NCBI GenBank assembly: GCA_965153455.1
Contig: OZ234493.1
Span: 33,098,213-33,162,212 of the forward strand
Length of the DNA stretch: 64,000 bases
Origin: Sphagnum compactum
Taxonomy: Eukaryota
Direction: 5' to 3'
Shown here: positions 11,944 to 25,158 of the stretch, piece by piece
How the letters are laid out: each line of letters starts with the position of its first letter
Position numbering within the stretch: position 1 is the stretch's first letter
Position numbers and translations under genes: made by a program
Notes under the pieces: model-generated
Database searches by the model: none
The model's input: the letters and a program-made list of their open reading frames with translations, nothing else
Told to the model about the DNA's origin: nothing

Positions 11944-14622
11944 ATAACCTATGGTGGCCCTTAGGTATTTACATAACTTTTAATAAGCCCTAAATAACCC
12001 ACATAGCCTCTAGGAAAACTTATGTTTTTCCTAGGTAAATGTTATAACACCTATGTAACCTCTAGGTAGACATTGGTCATTTGTGTAAACCTTAGGTAGG
12101 GTTTAGATTATTTTAATTTACCTTACTTTATTTAGGTTAAAGTAGGTTAATTAAAAAGGTTGAATAGGTTATTTAATAAAATAAAAAAACATGTTTATCA
12201 AAATGTGATGACATATTATTTTAGAATAAAAAAAGTTGGTGCAATGGTTAAAAAATTTGGAGGTGAAGGTGAATGGTTCAAATTCTCACACTTGTCATTT
12301 AGAAATCAATCTTGGGCAAATTTATCTTTGGGTGGTACCATTAGGAATGTCACACATCAAAATTTTGAAACCCACCCAACTTCAAAACAACATAGGACTC
12401 ACATAAAGAAAGCTTTTCATTCCAAATTATTTATCAAAAGGTTATTCAAGTCATGTAAAATTTACTTCGATTAAATTTATAAAAAAATGTGTTTTGATGT
12501 GGAAATGAATACATGAGCAAAAAGTTTCAAGAATGTAACATAAGGGATTTTTTTGATTAGGAACACAAAAAGAATCTATTTTTTGGGAATTTTTCTTGGA
12601 TGCTAATTTTTAAAAACATTTCAAATGCCAACCTACTTGATGTCTTTTATAGATAATTGATTGAATCAATTTTCATTTGGTTATGAATTCTTAAAATCAA
12701 GATCGTGAAGTCCTAAAGGGCCATTGATGTGAAGAACACAAATGATAACTATTTTTATTTTAATAACTAGTTTGGATCATTCCCTTGTCCATGTGTCAAA
12801 TAAACATGAAAAAATATCTAATGTGTAAATGCAAAAATATATATTTTTTAAAATCAAGAATTGGGTCAAGAATGGTTTAGGAATCAAAATGTTAATGCAT
12901 ACTATAGGTTTTTGGGTGTTCATTATTTTTCATGAGTGTGTGCATAGGTGGGGAAAACATAGCCCACCTAATCCAATCAAATAAGTCAATGTAAAAGTAG
13001 TTGGAATTTTATTTTTTATATTGGGTCTAGTTTTCTTGTGATTTTGGCAAGGTTGTTCCTAATGGTATTACCCAAGGGTATTTTCGCCTTCGTAGGCTAT
13101 TTAAATTCTTATTTTAGTTTGACTTTGTAAGTTAAGGCCCTAGGAAGTTTAAACTAATTTTTTTTTGCTATGCTTTTTAGGTTAAGTTTAAGTGGGCTTA
13201 ATATATAGGCTTCCTAGGTTATTTATCTAAATATATTGTATTCATTTATTGAATGACAAGTGTATTATAACAGTCATATCATAGTCATTTTTTTACAACA
13301 CGTGTATTTTGATAATCATAATTTAGTTATTTATTTCACTACGTGTCCTTTAATTGATCAAAATGATTGTCATGTGAACGTCCACTTAGGTGTCTTTTGC
13401 CATGTATGATTTAAATTGTCTTCCAAATAATTATATAATAATTTTTCCTTCTAAATTTTTCATTCAATGAACATTACATTAACAAAGACTATTGTTTATT
13501 AATAAATTGCATTGCATGTTATGATTTTCATAATCTTGTGATGGCCTGTGTCGATCTGATGTTACTCTCACTTTCATATTTTAGGATTTTTTTGCTTTTA
13601 ACATTAGATGTTATTTTAATCATGATATTATTATGGCCTTTGTAGATTTTGACATGCTATCATATTTCAATTTTTTGTGCATGATAAATTGCACATGTGA
13701 ATTAATGTCACTTGAACTTTTGAAAACCATGCATGCATGTTATGAAAAAAAATGTATGATGGTTGTTATGATAGGATAGTTTAATTACTTTTTTTTTATC
13801 CATTTTTTTCATTTGCACATATTTAAACAATTAGTTAATAAGCATGATGTAGAAAGAAAAATTCAAGAAGGATGTCTTTTATGACTCAAGTTGACAAGTT
13901 TATTATGAAGCACCTTCATCGACTTGTAATTTTTTTTAATTTTTTTATTTGTGAAACTATTTTGTCTATGTTTGAAATATCTTGTAAACATGTAGTTGAT
14001 TTTATAAATCATCATCACTAATTAGTGCAAGAAATGTAGTGAAACATATAATAAAGGTTTGAAGGATTAATATGCTTTTAAATCCAAAAGCTTGAAAGGA
14101 AATATTTGTTCAAGGTCAAAAAAACTTGTTAAATTGGAAAGTAATAATGCTAACAATGATGTTTACAAATCAAAAACACAATAGTAGCATACATAAAAGG
14201 TGAAAAAACTTTATAAAAGATAATGAACTAGAACTTGGAATTTTTTATTTCCATAATTGTGCACATAAACTTATTCATGGTCAAGATTTGCCACTGAAAC
14301 ATTGGATGGAAAAACAACTAATTAAACTATCTAAGTTTTCTAAACCAATTACTAAACTATTAGACAAGAATGTCTAACAACAAACTAACATTTCAAGAAA
14401 TGGCACAAATTAAACCAACTAACTACTATGAAAAAACATAATAATATTCTCAAGATTACATATCAAAAAAAATTCAACACTTGTAATGATAAAAATTCAA
14501 AACTTTTTGCAAATAACAATAATGAGTTAAGAGAGTGGTGGTTGGGTGGAAATTATTATAAATGTAATAATTAATTAGAATTTCCCAATGTTCAATTTGT
14601 TATAAGGGGGGACTCACTTCAA

Positions 14623-15822
14623 TCCTATATATAAAAGCTACAGTGATGTCTGTGTGTCCGTCTGTGTGTCACAAGACATTCTGCGTTTTAACATTACGGC
14701 GGAACCGGCGGCAGTTAGGGCAGTTGGGAAACATCTTTGAAAAGCAAATTCTTATAAATTGCCATGATGTCTCTGATCTTTGAAGAAATTGCCATGATGT
14801 TTCTGATCTCTGAAAAAGCTCCAAGAGATAGACAGATATATAAAAGCAAACGTTGTGTCTGTCTATCTATCTGTCGAGGTCCTGAAACCCAGATCCTGTC
14901 TGTCTGTCTGTCCGTCTGTCTTAAACCCCTAAACCACATCCCCAAGAAGAAGAAGAAAAACAAGACGAACTCCCGGGAGTCCGCCAGTTTTGACTCCCGA
15001 CCACTAAAAGTCGGGAATCGACCCGAAATACTTGGCTGCAGAAAACGTGCGACATACCGTTGGAAAGGTCTCGACGAGACCTACAACTTTGCTTCAGACG
15101 GCGAGTCGATCGGAGGTCTGATCCGATAGTTATGAAGCTTCAAAGTCGTGGGAGTCCCGAAAATGCGCGATTTCGGGACTCCCACGCGGGAGTCCCGGGA
15201 GTCCCGGGACAAAATGGCCATTTGGATGCCACCCCCGCGACGAGTCACAGAGTATACTATAGGGAGTAAGGTGGTGGCTTACTCCCGAGCCCGGGGTGTG
15301 GTGTGTCAAAGTGAGTCCGAGTTCACCCGTGGCTGTCCCAACACCAAAAGGACTCAGAATGAGTTCTAACCACTTTGTGTGGTTTCATGCAGGCCCGTGT
15401 GAGTGAGCAAAGCTTGTCAACTCTTCCTAGTCTTTCCCGGGACTTCTAGCACGCCCCTCTTACCCCCCCTCTAGTGCTGGAAGTCGGGATCGGGCTCCAA
15501 ATTCCAACTCCTTCCGCATTGCCATACACCTAGACCCTCGAGTGGGTCTACTAGGAACTTGGGAGCGCGACATTCGAGGACCCGAACCGAGGTGGCCAGT
15601 ACCCGGTCCAGACCTCGAGACGAACCTGAAACGAAATTCCCAGAAAGAAAACCCGTCGTTGGGGACCTGAAACAAGGTCTTTAGAAAGAAACCCATCGTT
15701 GGGGACCTGAAACGAGGTCCTCAGAGAGGCCAAAAAAAACAGCGGCCAGGGCAGCCGCTGCGGGGGGCCGGGCGAGGTGCCACGGGTGGCTGGAGTGGCG
15801 TAGCCACGGGTCACAACACTCG
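14623..15822 (+). mobile_element. Non-autonomous Helitron (~1.2 kb, GC-rich) containing an LTR-like fragment
   Basis: Inserted between A (14622) and T (15823). The 5' end is TCCTATATATAAAAGC...tgtctgtgtgtccgtctg. A 3' hairpin GTGGC-GTA-GCCAC lies 11 nt before the terminal CTCG (canonical CTRR). No TSD. Sharp GC contrast with the flanks. Confidence 0.75.
14968..15572. mobile_element. Truncated LTR-like repeat inside the Helitron
   Basis: GC-rich segment ...gactcccgaccactaaaagtcgggaatcgaccc...ctcgacgagacctacaactttgc...ttgggagcgcgaCA ending in CA. I recall it as an abundant Sphagnum LTR-type repeat; not verified by search. Confidence 0.55.
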
Positions 15823-16016
15823 TTTAAATTAATGGTCATATTACATTATGATTTTGTGCATAAAATATTCAATTAGTTACCTCATGCATCATATAACTTT
15901 TAATTCATATGCCCTTAATCTTTCATATTTTGCCCATTGTAACAATAATACTAAGATTGTGACAACAAATGTTAAATCATCCCATGGTTTTAAATGTGGC
16001 CAATATAAAAAGTCTT

Positions 16017-16230
16017 AACCATTTTTTTTTCGCTATTTAAGAAAAGGTTACATTAATTGTTAAATCCATCTCAAGATGCTATAATGCTCCCACTAACACC
16101 CACATTAGAAAACTTTTATAACCATTTCTTTTGCTACTTGAGAAATGGTTACATTAGTTGTTAAATCCATATTAGGATACTATAATGTTCCCACTAACAC
16201 CCACATTAGGAGACTTACAACCATTTTTTT
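16017..16230. repeat. Tandem duplication, 2 x ~103 bp
   Basis: aaccattt...ggttacatta.ttgttaaatccat...ctataatg.tcccactaacacccacattag occurs twice, and a third aaccattt start follows. Confidence 0.85.
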
Positions 16231-19200
16231 TCTTGCCCTTGGCTTATATAATAATCTCTAATATATATGGATCCACCCCCAAATTTAGATTGTTAAGAAA
16301 AAATTATACTACACCCAAAAATTACCATACAATATGCACCCAATAATTTTCTACACCTTTGAATATGATAAAAATAGATATATTACACCCCCTAATACCA
16401 ATATACCAACTTCAAATATTAATATATACCTCATTAAACCATTTAACATACCCTCAAACGATTATATTATACTTCATAGTAGCATTGTATACCCTTTAAA
16501 TATTATATTATATATGCTCCAACATGAAAATGACATCAAATCTTCATCCGCATTTTTAAAAATGAAAGATCAATGGATGACCCATAGTTGCATGTTTACC
16601 ATCAATCCCAAAAAATAAATAATAATAGCAAAATGGGTCAAAGTAGTCGCATTTAACAAATAATTGCAAGTTAGTTGGATGGTGCACGTCCCACTTTTTT
16701 TCTAGTGATAATCAAAAGTTATTAATTGAAAAAGGTTTTTGGTGAAATTACACAATATACTTTTATGTAAGTATTATGAAAAGCATACTAAGGTGATATT
16801 ACATTGCAAAAATAATGATGAAATTACTTTTGTGACCACCCTAATAATGATTGCAAAATTTCAATGATGTAAGTATTGCAAATTAAGGGTTGGAAAAAAA
16901 AATGGGGCATGCACATAGTCAATGTGGATCTTTCTATGAGGGTGATAGGTCTAACACTATACCCTAATGTGCACCCTCATTCAAAGAATAATCGAAAAAA
17001 ATGCCCATGTTTTTTCAATAAATGGTCGTAGTTTCTACAACATCTGTTACATGGTGATGGGTGAAAAATTATTGATGTTAAAGTGTGAGTTGGATTACAT
17101 TCGCCACAAAGGTTTCCTTTGTAATATCTTGAAACCTCACGATCAAAAAACAAATAGTGTCATAATTCAAATGCACAATGAAAAAAATTGTTAAAAAAAA
17201 GAATGATTATAATCAGCAATGAATCATTTCATATTCATGGAATTTGCAGATGACTTGAATTTATTTTTTCTCTTACCCTTGGTGGATTTTGAATTCCAAT
17301 TCAGCATCCCATGCAAGCCTAAAATACTTTACATAAATAACTTTACTCATCTGAAATACTTCAATAAAGTTATTATCCTTCTCAATCCATGACAAAACAC
17401 TACGAAGGATGAACCTTACGCCCCTTATAGGTATGCTAATGGTACCTAACAATTTGTCAAAGGTGAATTTTACCAATAAAGGTTGATGAACCTTTATGAG
17501 ACCTTGTGCTTTAAGTTGAACTCGATTCCATTTGGCTTCAATTTTTTTCTTGAATTAATCAATTGTTTTTTCCACATTCCATGTTTGTCATGCTTATGGG
17601 GTTGCTTAAAATACAAACATTCATGGCATGATGGTTTTGTTACTTTGGACTTCCACTTGCCCAAATCAATTAGCACGAATGAAAAACATTACACAACTAA
17701 TTAATGTCATGATCATGTTAATGTAGATTCTATATAAAATTGTTAGAAATTTTATTTAGAAATTTTTTTGTTTACAAATAAAACAATATAATCATATTCT
17801 CAAAAGTACTTTAAAGGTTTACAATATGTGGTTTTATTCATTCTGATTTTTTTATAGCCTATTTCCACACATTTTTCTCATTATAATTTTTTTTCCCCCC
17901 CCCCACATTTTCTATGACCATCAATAATAAAAATTTGTGGTTTAAATCTCACAATTTTATTTTAAAAACGCAACAATTTATAATAGTTTCATTTTTTTCA
18001 TCAATATATATATATATTTCAAATTGAATATATCAAACATTTGTAGTATTATAGAAATCTAAAATGGAAATCATTAAAACCTGTGATTTGAAACTTAATA
18101 GAACTCTAAACTATTCATTGTCTTTATTTTAATCTCTAACAACTATTTCAGTTTCTCTGTGTGTAAAAAAAAAAATCTTCCAAAAATTTTCAACCTTTAG
18201 AATTACATCTGAAATCCTTTTCCTCTAAAAGTAATTTGAATCTTTAAACTAATGAAATGTCTTCATCCTATCAACTCACTATTCATTTGCATTTTGCTTT
18301 ATTTAATCTCTACCATTCTTTTGATTATATTTTACTTTTTTTAATCACTGTTATACACCAAATATTAAACCTTCATGAAAAATTGAGTAAAGATAATATA
18401 GAACATGACATATTTCATTGCTTAAAACAATGCTTTCATAATGTATGTAATGTGCAATTTGTGTCATAATACATATAAACCAAACACAACAATATTAAAA
18501 CAATGAATAATAAAATTTTATTCAAAATATGAAGAATAAAAAAACAACTACAATTAAAAGTCAATGGCAATACAAACTAAAGTATGCAACTTATAACAAA
18601 ATGGGACCATCTAAACTCAATGCTTCGGTAATTATCAAGATGGATAAACTATTACATTCTTTCAATAAATCTACTTCAAACATTTATCACAACTTTCATT
18701 TAATGCGAACACGAAATTTTATAATTAATTTGTTAAAGCATTTGTTTGTGAAAAAAATCAATTAAAGGTTCTAATTAAGTTCAAAAATGATTTGTTGACA
18801 TATTAAAAATTGAATAAGAAAAATTTGATCATGACTTAACTAGTTACTTAAACACATAAATTTTTTTATTTGAAAAAAATGGTAAATGATATCATTATAT
18901 GTATGTATAAATGTTACGCATGTCTATAAATGAAATAAAAATGTAATTTGAACCTTTTTTATTAATGAAATTCCAAACTATGACATTTATGAAAATTTTA
19001 TATCATTTGTGATTATTTTATCATCTAATTTTTTTTTTGATGATAACATTTTTACATACAAAAGTTTATGAACCTCACGCACCTCTTCAAGACAATGTTT
19101 TTAAACAAATATGTTTTGCAATATTTTAGAAACAATTTAACGTTTTTATAAAAATTTACAAAAAGTAATTAGGTTTAAATCATTTTACATTGTAAAAATA

Positions 19201-20629
19201 ATTATTATGATTTTTTTAAATGTTTTGAAATATTTTTTATTAATTGAATTTATTTTTAAAATTTCAAGATTTGTATATCAATGTATTGAAAATACTTTTG
19301 TATGAAAAAATCTTTATTTATATTTTTTTCCCTTCAATTATTAAATACATAAAATAAATGGTGGTTTTAACTATTTCGGTATATGTTTACAAAATTGTAT
19401 CCAATTAAAAAATTGTTGACCAATTTGGATGTTTTGACCATTTTTTGGTTGTTTGTTATGTGGACAAATGGGTGCATTTTTGTAAATTTATCATTCTTTT
19501 ACAACATTGAAAATTTTCATTTTTTTGAAAGGGATTAATTAAACTTTAACCCATTGTTGTAAGAAAAACAACTATAGCTTTGAACTTTAAAAAGATGAAA
19601 TACCCAAGAATTTGTAATCAAATAATAAGTGGATTTCATTTAATGTTTCATGATTGCACACCTTACCCTAAGGTTAATGTTATTATTACATATCCCTCTC
19701 AATACAAAAACATTGATGTTTGTTTATTCATCTATATTGTTCACATTTACTTTATCATAAAATTTCAATATCACTAAATTTCAAGAAAATTCATATGAAA
19801 ATCATAAAATAATATATTCATGCAAAATTTGTGAGCTTTTAATTGTTAAAAATGGCACAAAAAATATACATATTGCTTCTATGTAAATGATATGTTTGTT
19901 TTACTTGTGATGTCTTGGCATGAAATATGTATGACTTAGATTTTAACTAAATTTTTGTAATTATTGTGATGTAATTTTGTACAAAAGTTATGCATTTTTT
20001 GTGTAAGAAACATGAACATCACGTTTGTCATTCAAAAAAAATCTTTCATTTGTTTAAATTTTTTTTAATATTTTATATTTATAAATATTATTCATATTAA
20101 CCATAACACAAATTTTATGCAATTTTTGTTCAAACTTATAAAAAATCAAATTTTGCACAAAATTTGTACGAACTTGTGAAGTTTAATAAGTTTGTGATGT
20201 TTGTTCAAGCTTAACTAGCTTCTTCCTTCCTCTTACCCACCTACATGGAAATAAATTAATAACCTACCTCTTTCAAGCCTATCTATTTAAACCCCTTTCC
20301 TTTCCATATGAAATATTTAACATAAATAAGGATGACTTATTGAAAATTATGTAAAAACATTAAAAAGAAAAAAGGGAAGAATTTTGTTCAATTTGGAACA
20401 AGGGTATAACACACATCCTTTCAATATTTTAACTAAGTTTGGTAAAAATATGAAAATAAGATGGTGAAAACTATCATAATTATCACAAGTTTTATTTTAA
20501 ATAACTTCATTCTTCATATTGACAATATCATACTAAATTATAATACATCATAAAAAAACAAATAACTTCAAAAAGTTTGGTTCCACATTGTTACACAGTA
20601 TGAATGATAATGAAATGATGAATAAAATG

Positions 20630-20890
20630 AATTAATTTTGTGAAAATTAAGTTTCAAGTATTGAATGACATTGCACGCAACTTGAATTGAATTTAAATTT
20701 CCTTGAATTCCTAAATTGAACTCAAATTCAATTAAATTTGATGTGAAAAGTTTATTGCATTGAACTCAAATTCAATTAAAGAAAAATGGGATGGAGACAC
20801 AAAATAATGAAAATATACTCATTGCTTCCATGACTATGGTGTTGAAATAAGAAACAACTCTAAGAAGACACCTTTCCATTACATTCCAAG
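20630..20890 (-). repeat. Dispersed repeat, inverted homolog of 37255-37560
   Basis: ttgaatgacattgcacgcaacttgaattgaattt...gacacctttcc matches the reverse complement of ggaaaggtgtc...ttcaagttacatgcaatatcattcaa. Confidence 0.7.
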
Positions 20891-21046
20891 CAAATTTGAA
20901 AAGGATGACACAATTATAAGAACCTAAACCTATCAGAGTTATATTAGCTTTCATGTTACCATTGTCACCAAAGTTTTAAACAAATCCCAATGATAAATAA
21001 TCAAAACTAGAATATGGAAGATTTTTGAAAATCCTCCATATCCACA

Positions 21047-21400
21047 GACCATTCCAAAGACAATTTTAAAAATAACTACCTCATTTCCAATCTTAATTCT
21101 TTCATTTAAAAATAATAATTACTTCCATTTCCTATTAACTTTCTTAGTAACTATTTCCCATCTTTCCTAATAACTACCTCTACTAAATAGTCACTCTTTT
21201 TCCCTATCCACCAACATGGATATGAGAAAACAAATTAACATGTGTCTTTTCATGTCCATGAAATGTATATTAATTTAAATTAAATGACATTGACATAAGT
21301 AATGATGAATTATTAAAAACCATATGAAAACTTTTTTTTTAAAAAAAAATGGTTGATCATCAATAGTAGTGCGCAACAACATAGTAGAGCTCAAATTGAT
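21047..21400 (+). repeat. Dispersed non-autonomous TE-like repeat, homolog of 44843-45218
   Basis: gaccattccaaagacaattt.aaaaataacta.ctcattt... through ...ttgatcatcaat...agagctcaaat is shared between the two loci. Confidence 0.8.
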
Positions 21401-24400
21401 TTTTTGAAAAAAATAATTATTTGTTTTGTTGTTGTTGAAGCCAACCCCAAGCTAGGGTACTTGGGCTAAGTAGTCGTGGCTAAACATGGATTCCGGATGG
21501 GAAAACGGTCGTCTCCCTTGAAAACCAAAGCCGTGCATAAAAACATGCAGCTCAATCTCAAGAACACTAAAAGCCACTCTAAAAAGGTCAGCTTTCAATA
21601 GAAAGCTTTGAAAGCTTTGGTTGCTTTCTATTAGCATGACCTTCTCAATCTGAAGTCTACCTACTATAACAAAGAATAATAGCATTCTTGAATTGCAAGG
21701 CTTCCTGAAACATAATGATTTTGCTAGCAAATCTACAAACAAACTTAAAATTGCAATGTTAGAATGTTGAACTAGAACAAATCAATAAGAAACAGAAAGA
21801 ACAATAGTTATGGAAAAAAATTGTAAAGGAAAAAAATTGCAATAGAATGAAGTTATTGATAAGAATCAATAACGAATCAATAAAAACCAGTTACTCTAAT
21901 TGAAAGTAACTGGTTTTGGGGTCCTATTTTGATGCTTTTCCAGGCTTTTTTTTTCGTTGGACATGGAACAATATGCTAGCTCTGCTTTTGGAGCCATCAG
22001 CGTCTAGTGTTTTTGTGAATGGACAACTAAGAACGCACTTGAAATGAAAATCGATGGTCAGAAAACTGGTTATGGTTTCAAACAGGACCTCGAAGAACCC
22101 ATTACCACCTAATGAAATGGTGGCTCACCCTACCATTCCTGTTCCATAGTAAATTAAATGCCCGTGCTGAAGGTTCCATAAATGCAAAGTCTTGCGAAGC
22201 TGAATTGCAAATCTGGAACAGCTGAAGTCAAAAGCAGGAAGGCAAACTTCCACACTTCAAGGTGCAGAAAATATGACTCCCCATAATTGAAACATGGCTT
22301 TTCCTAAAAATGGTTGACTCTACCAAATGCATTTTCAAAACAAGTACCAAATCTGAGCTGATCCAAAAGAAGTTTCAGCTTGGGTGCAGTCAGACGCATC
22401 ACATCCCATATGAACTTCACAGCTATAAAACCACCCAAGACTGAAAATTTTGCCTTGGGGATGGTAGGATAATCTCCCAGTCTTGCAAAGACACAAAGAA
22501 TTCACCTTCAAAATAAAAAGGCAAAATGCTAACCTGAAGTGCAAAGAAATGATGATATGAATTGATAACAAAACGATTATACATTAACACAAAATTCACA
22601 CTACTGTGATTCAGCAGGCAATCACCCTGAAAATCACAAAGAATTGGCAAATGGGTCAACAACTTTTTTCCAAGACAAGCAAGTTATGGTGTAAAATTGG
22701 GTGTTTTGCTTCTAAACCACAAAGCTCCATACATGCACCCACTCACTGTGTTTAACTAGGATTTTATCAAGCTGGTAGGTGACAGAGAGTACAGATAACA
22801 GTGACTGAGCATAGTAATTTTCCATCCTGCAGCTCACTTCCAGAATGGTACCACTGCATAAGATCTCATAAGGATTTGAGATCAGAAATTGAGCACACAA
22901 ATGGCACAAGAGTGCTGAAACATACCTGGTGACACCCCATGGAGAGATGGAGATGGCATTAGATCATGACTTCTAGGAACACTCTTCCAAAACTGCAGCA
23001 CCAAGTATCTTGGGCAAGATTTGTTTCCAATAGATGGTTGTTGTGCTCAAACCTGTGCACGTGGTGGCAAAAAGTCAGGAGTAAGGTTCTTTGCTTATAG
23101 TTGAATCTCAGAGAAACAGTTTCATGCGGACAAAATGCCAGTTCTAAAGATCAAGAAACTTATTTCTTCTGCTCAAAAGAACACACCACTCCAAATGAAT
23201 TTGTGGTAATTAGAGTGGGACACCCTCTCAAACATCCAAAGGTTACCCAATCTCAACAAACCAAGCAACTGTTAGGTGGCTTGCTGACTGGCTGCACAAT
23301 TGCTTGCATGCAGACAGGAAAATACCACCAAAGAAAATCAGTCAGTTTTCTGTTTTTGCAGTTATTGGAAACTCGCCAACCAACAAACCACTCAGAAACT
23401 GCAGTTCTTGCTTATTTGACACAGTCACAACAAGCTCTTGGCGGCAAGTTCACCGAATCCCAGCTGTTCCACGTAAGCTAAGCAATGGGAAATAGTGTCA
23501 TATCTGTGTGCAAGCAAGAATATTTGACAGTAAAAGCTTTCTATGTAATTCTATCTGGAACAGTCACCCACTTAAGAGTTCAAAGTTCAGACACATGTTC
23601 AAGAGGACGTGGAGTGAAGGTCATGAAAGGATGGGTACCTCCACAATGACCAGAAGATAACCATTGTCATACAAGTGTTTGATGGCGGTGCAGACATCTT
23701 CTTCCAATGCAAACATCCAACAGAATTGCTTCAGAAATCACCCCTACTGCAAAAAACCCACAACAAGAAACTTGAGAATGATATCATGAAGACTTTAGTG
23801 CAATGCATACGACAAGACTCAAAGCAATGACAGGCCCAGACTCTAGTTTTAGAAATGCAGAAACATTCACAAAACAGCTGAAGGCAGATGTCACCCAAGA
23901 GCTCAGCACATACTAGTATATGTGTGAATAGATATAGAAGTCCTCTCAATTCCTCAGAATGAAAAGATCTTCTCATGAAAAAACTCAGCAAGTTTGCAAA
24001 AGAAAAATTTCCACTTGAATTAAGATAATGTAGAAAGAAAACTTGCAGTCTCTTACCACCTTTGTCAAGTCAGGGACAAGAATGTACCCCAACAGCTATC
24101 CTTCTGAATGATGCACCTCATACAGTGTGGGTGTATCAATGGGTGATGTGAATCCAACGCCCATTACCACTGAGGTTGCCAGAAATGTGTGACAATCAAC
24201 AAATGCACACGCCCCCATGCCAGACACATACATGGAGTAAACCTACTTGCTTGCAGTCAAACCTAGCTTCTTCTTCTTGCTTTCAACTAAGGACCAACAG
24301 TGAAATCAGGACTACTACTACTACTACTACTAGAGTGTGTAAACAATCCACAAAGCAGACATCTGACAGTGTTGCAAAAGATTCATCATCCTGAAAACGG

Positions 24401-25158
24401 GGATCCCCTTCCCACCCCTGCTATTGCATCATCTACTTTCCAGTTCCTGAAGGATCATAGTTTCTTATCCTCAACAAAAATGCCTGCAGCCTGTAACAAT
24501 CTACAGGATGCACTGTCAAATTATCTATATCCTTCAGTAGCTCTCAAACTGAATTGAAATTGTTTTCAGTCTTATACAGGGGGATCCACATCCATTCTCA
24601 TCACCTGTTTAAACACACCCACTACCATTCTTGACATATCATAATACCAGCAACTGATTACGCAAATCTCACTGAAAAGAGCTTTGCTTTCCAGCCATCA
24701 TGGTATCATCATGCTTGGTATCTAAATTTTTCTGGATACAACAATTTTGATTTGCTTACAAAACCACATAAATAACTGTTAAAAAATGCTGTTTAAGAAT
24801 TCAAACTCTACTACCATCAGAGAAAACTCAGAATGAAGCCACAAACAAGTTCAAGACCTTGGAACAGTAAGTCTGATTGCACTCAGCTGCAAAGTTCAAC
24901 AAGAACTTGAACAGCAAGCCTCCATGCACTCAGCTGCAAAGTTGAACTTGATTGTATACACCTCTCAAGATCAGCACATCACCTGTTCTCCCAAAAACCC
25001 AACACCACTACTCAAAACCAGCAGCAAATTACATAATAGGACAAGAGATTTATAACCTGGTTTTTACTTCTATCCATACTGCGGTATCTTTTCTTCAAAG
25101 AAAACTGCAGTGCGTCACCTGTGCAAATGAATGTAACCAGTAAATAAACTTTTGATCC

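Noticed and set aside
14715-15814. ORFs of 70-120 aa in the GC-rich block
   Set aside because: They lie within the non-autonomous Helitron/LTR-like repeat and show no Rep/helicase, gag or pol motifs.
16900-17710. Possible transposase remnants (also ~2000-2900 and ~38600-39200)
   Set aside because: Composition suggests decayed TE coding DNA, but I could not identify diagnostic motifs; BLASTX against a TE protein library is needed.
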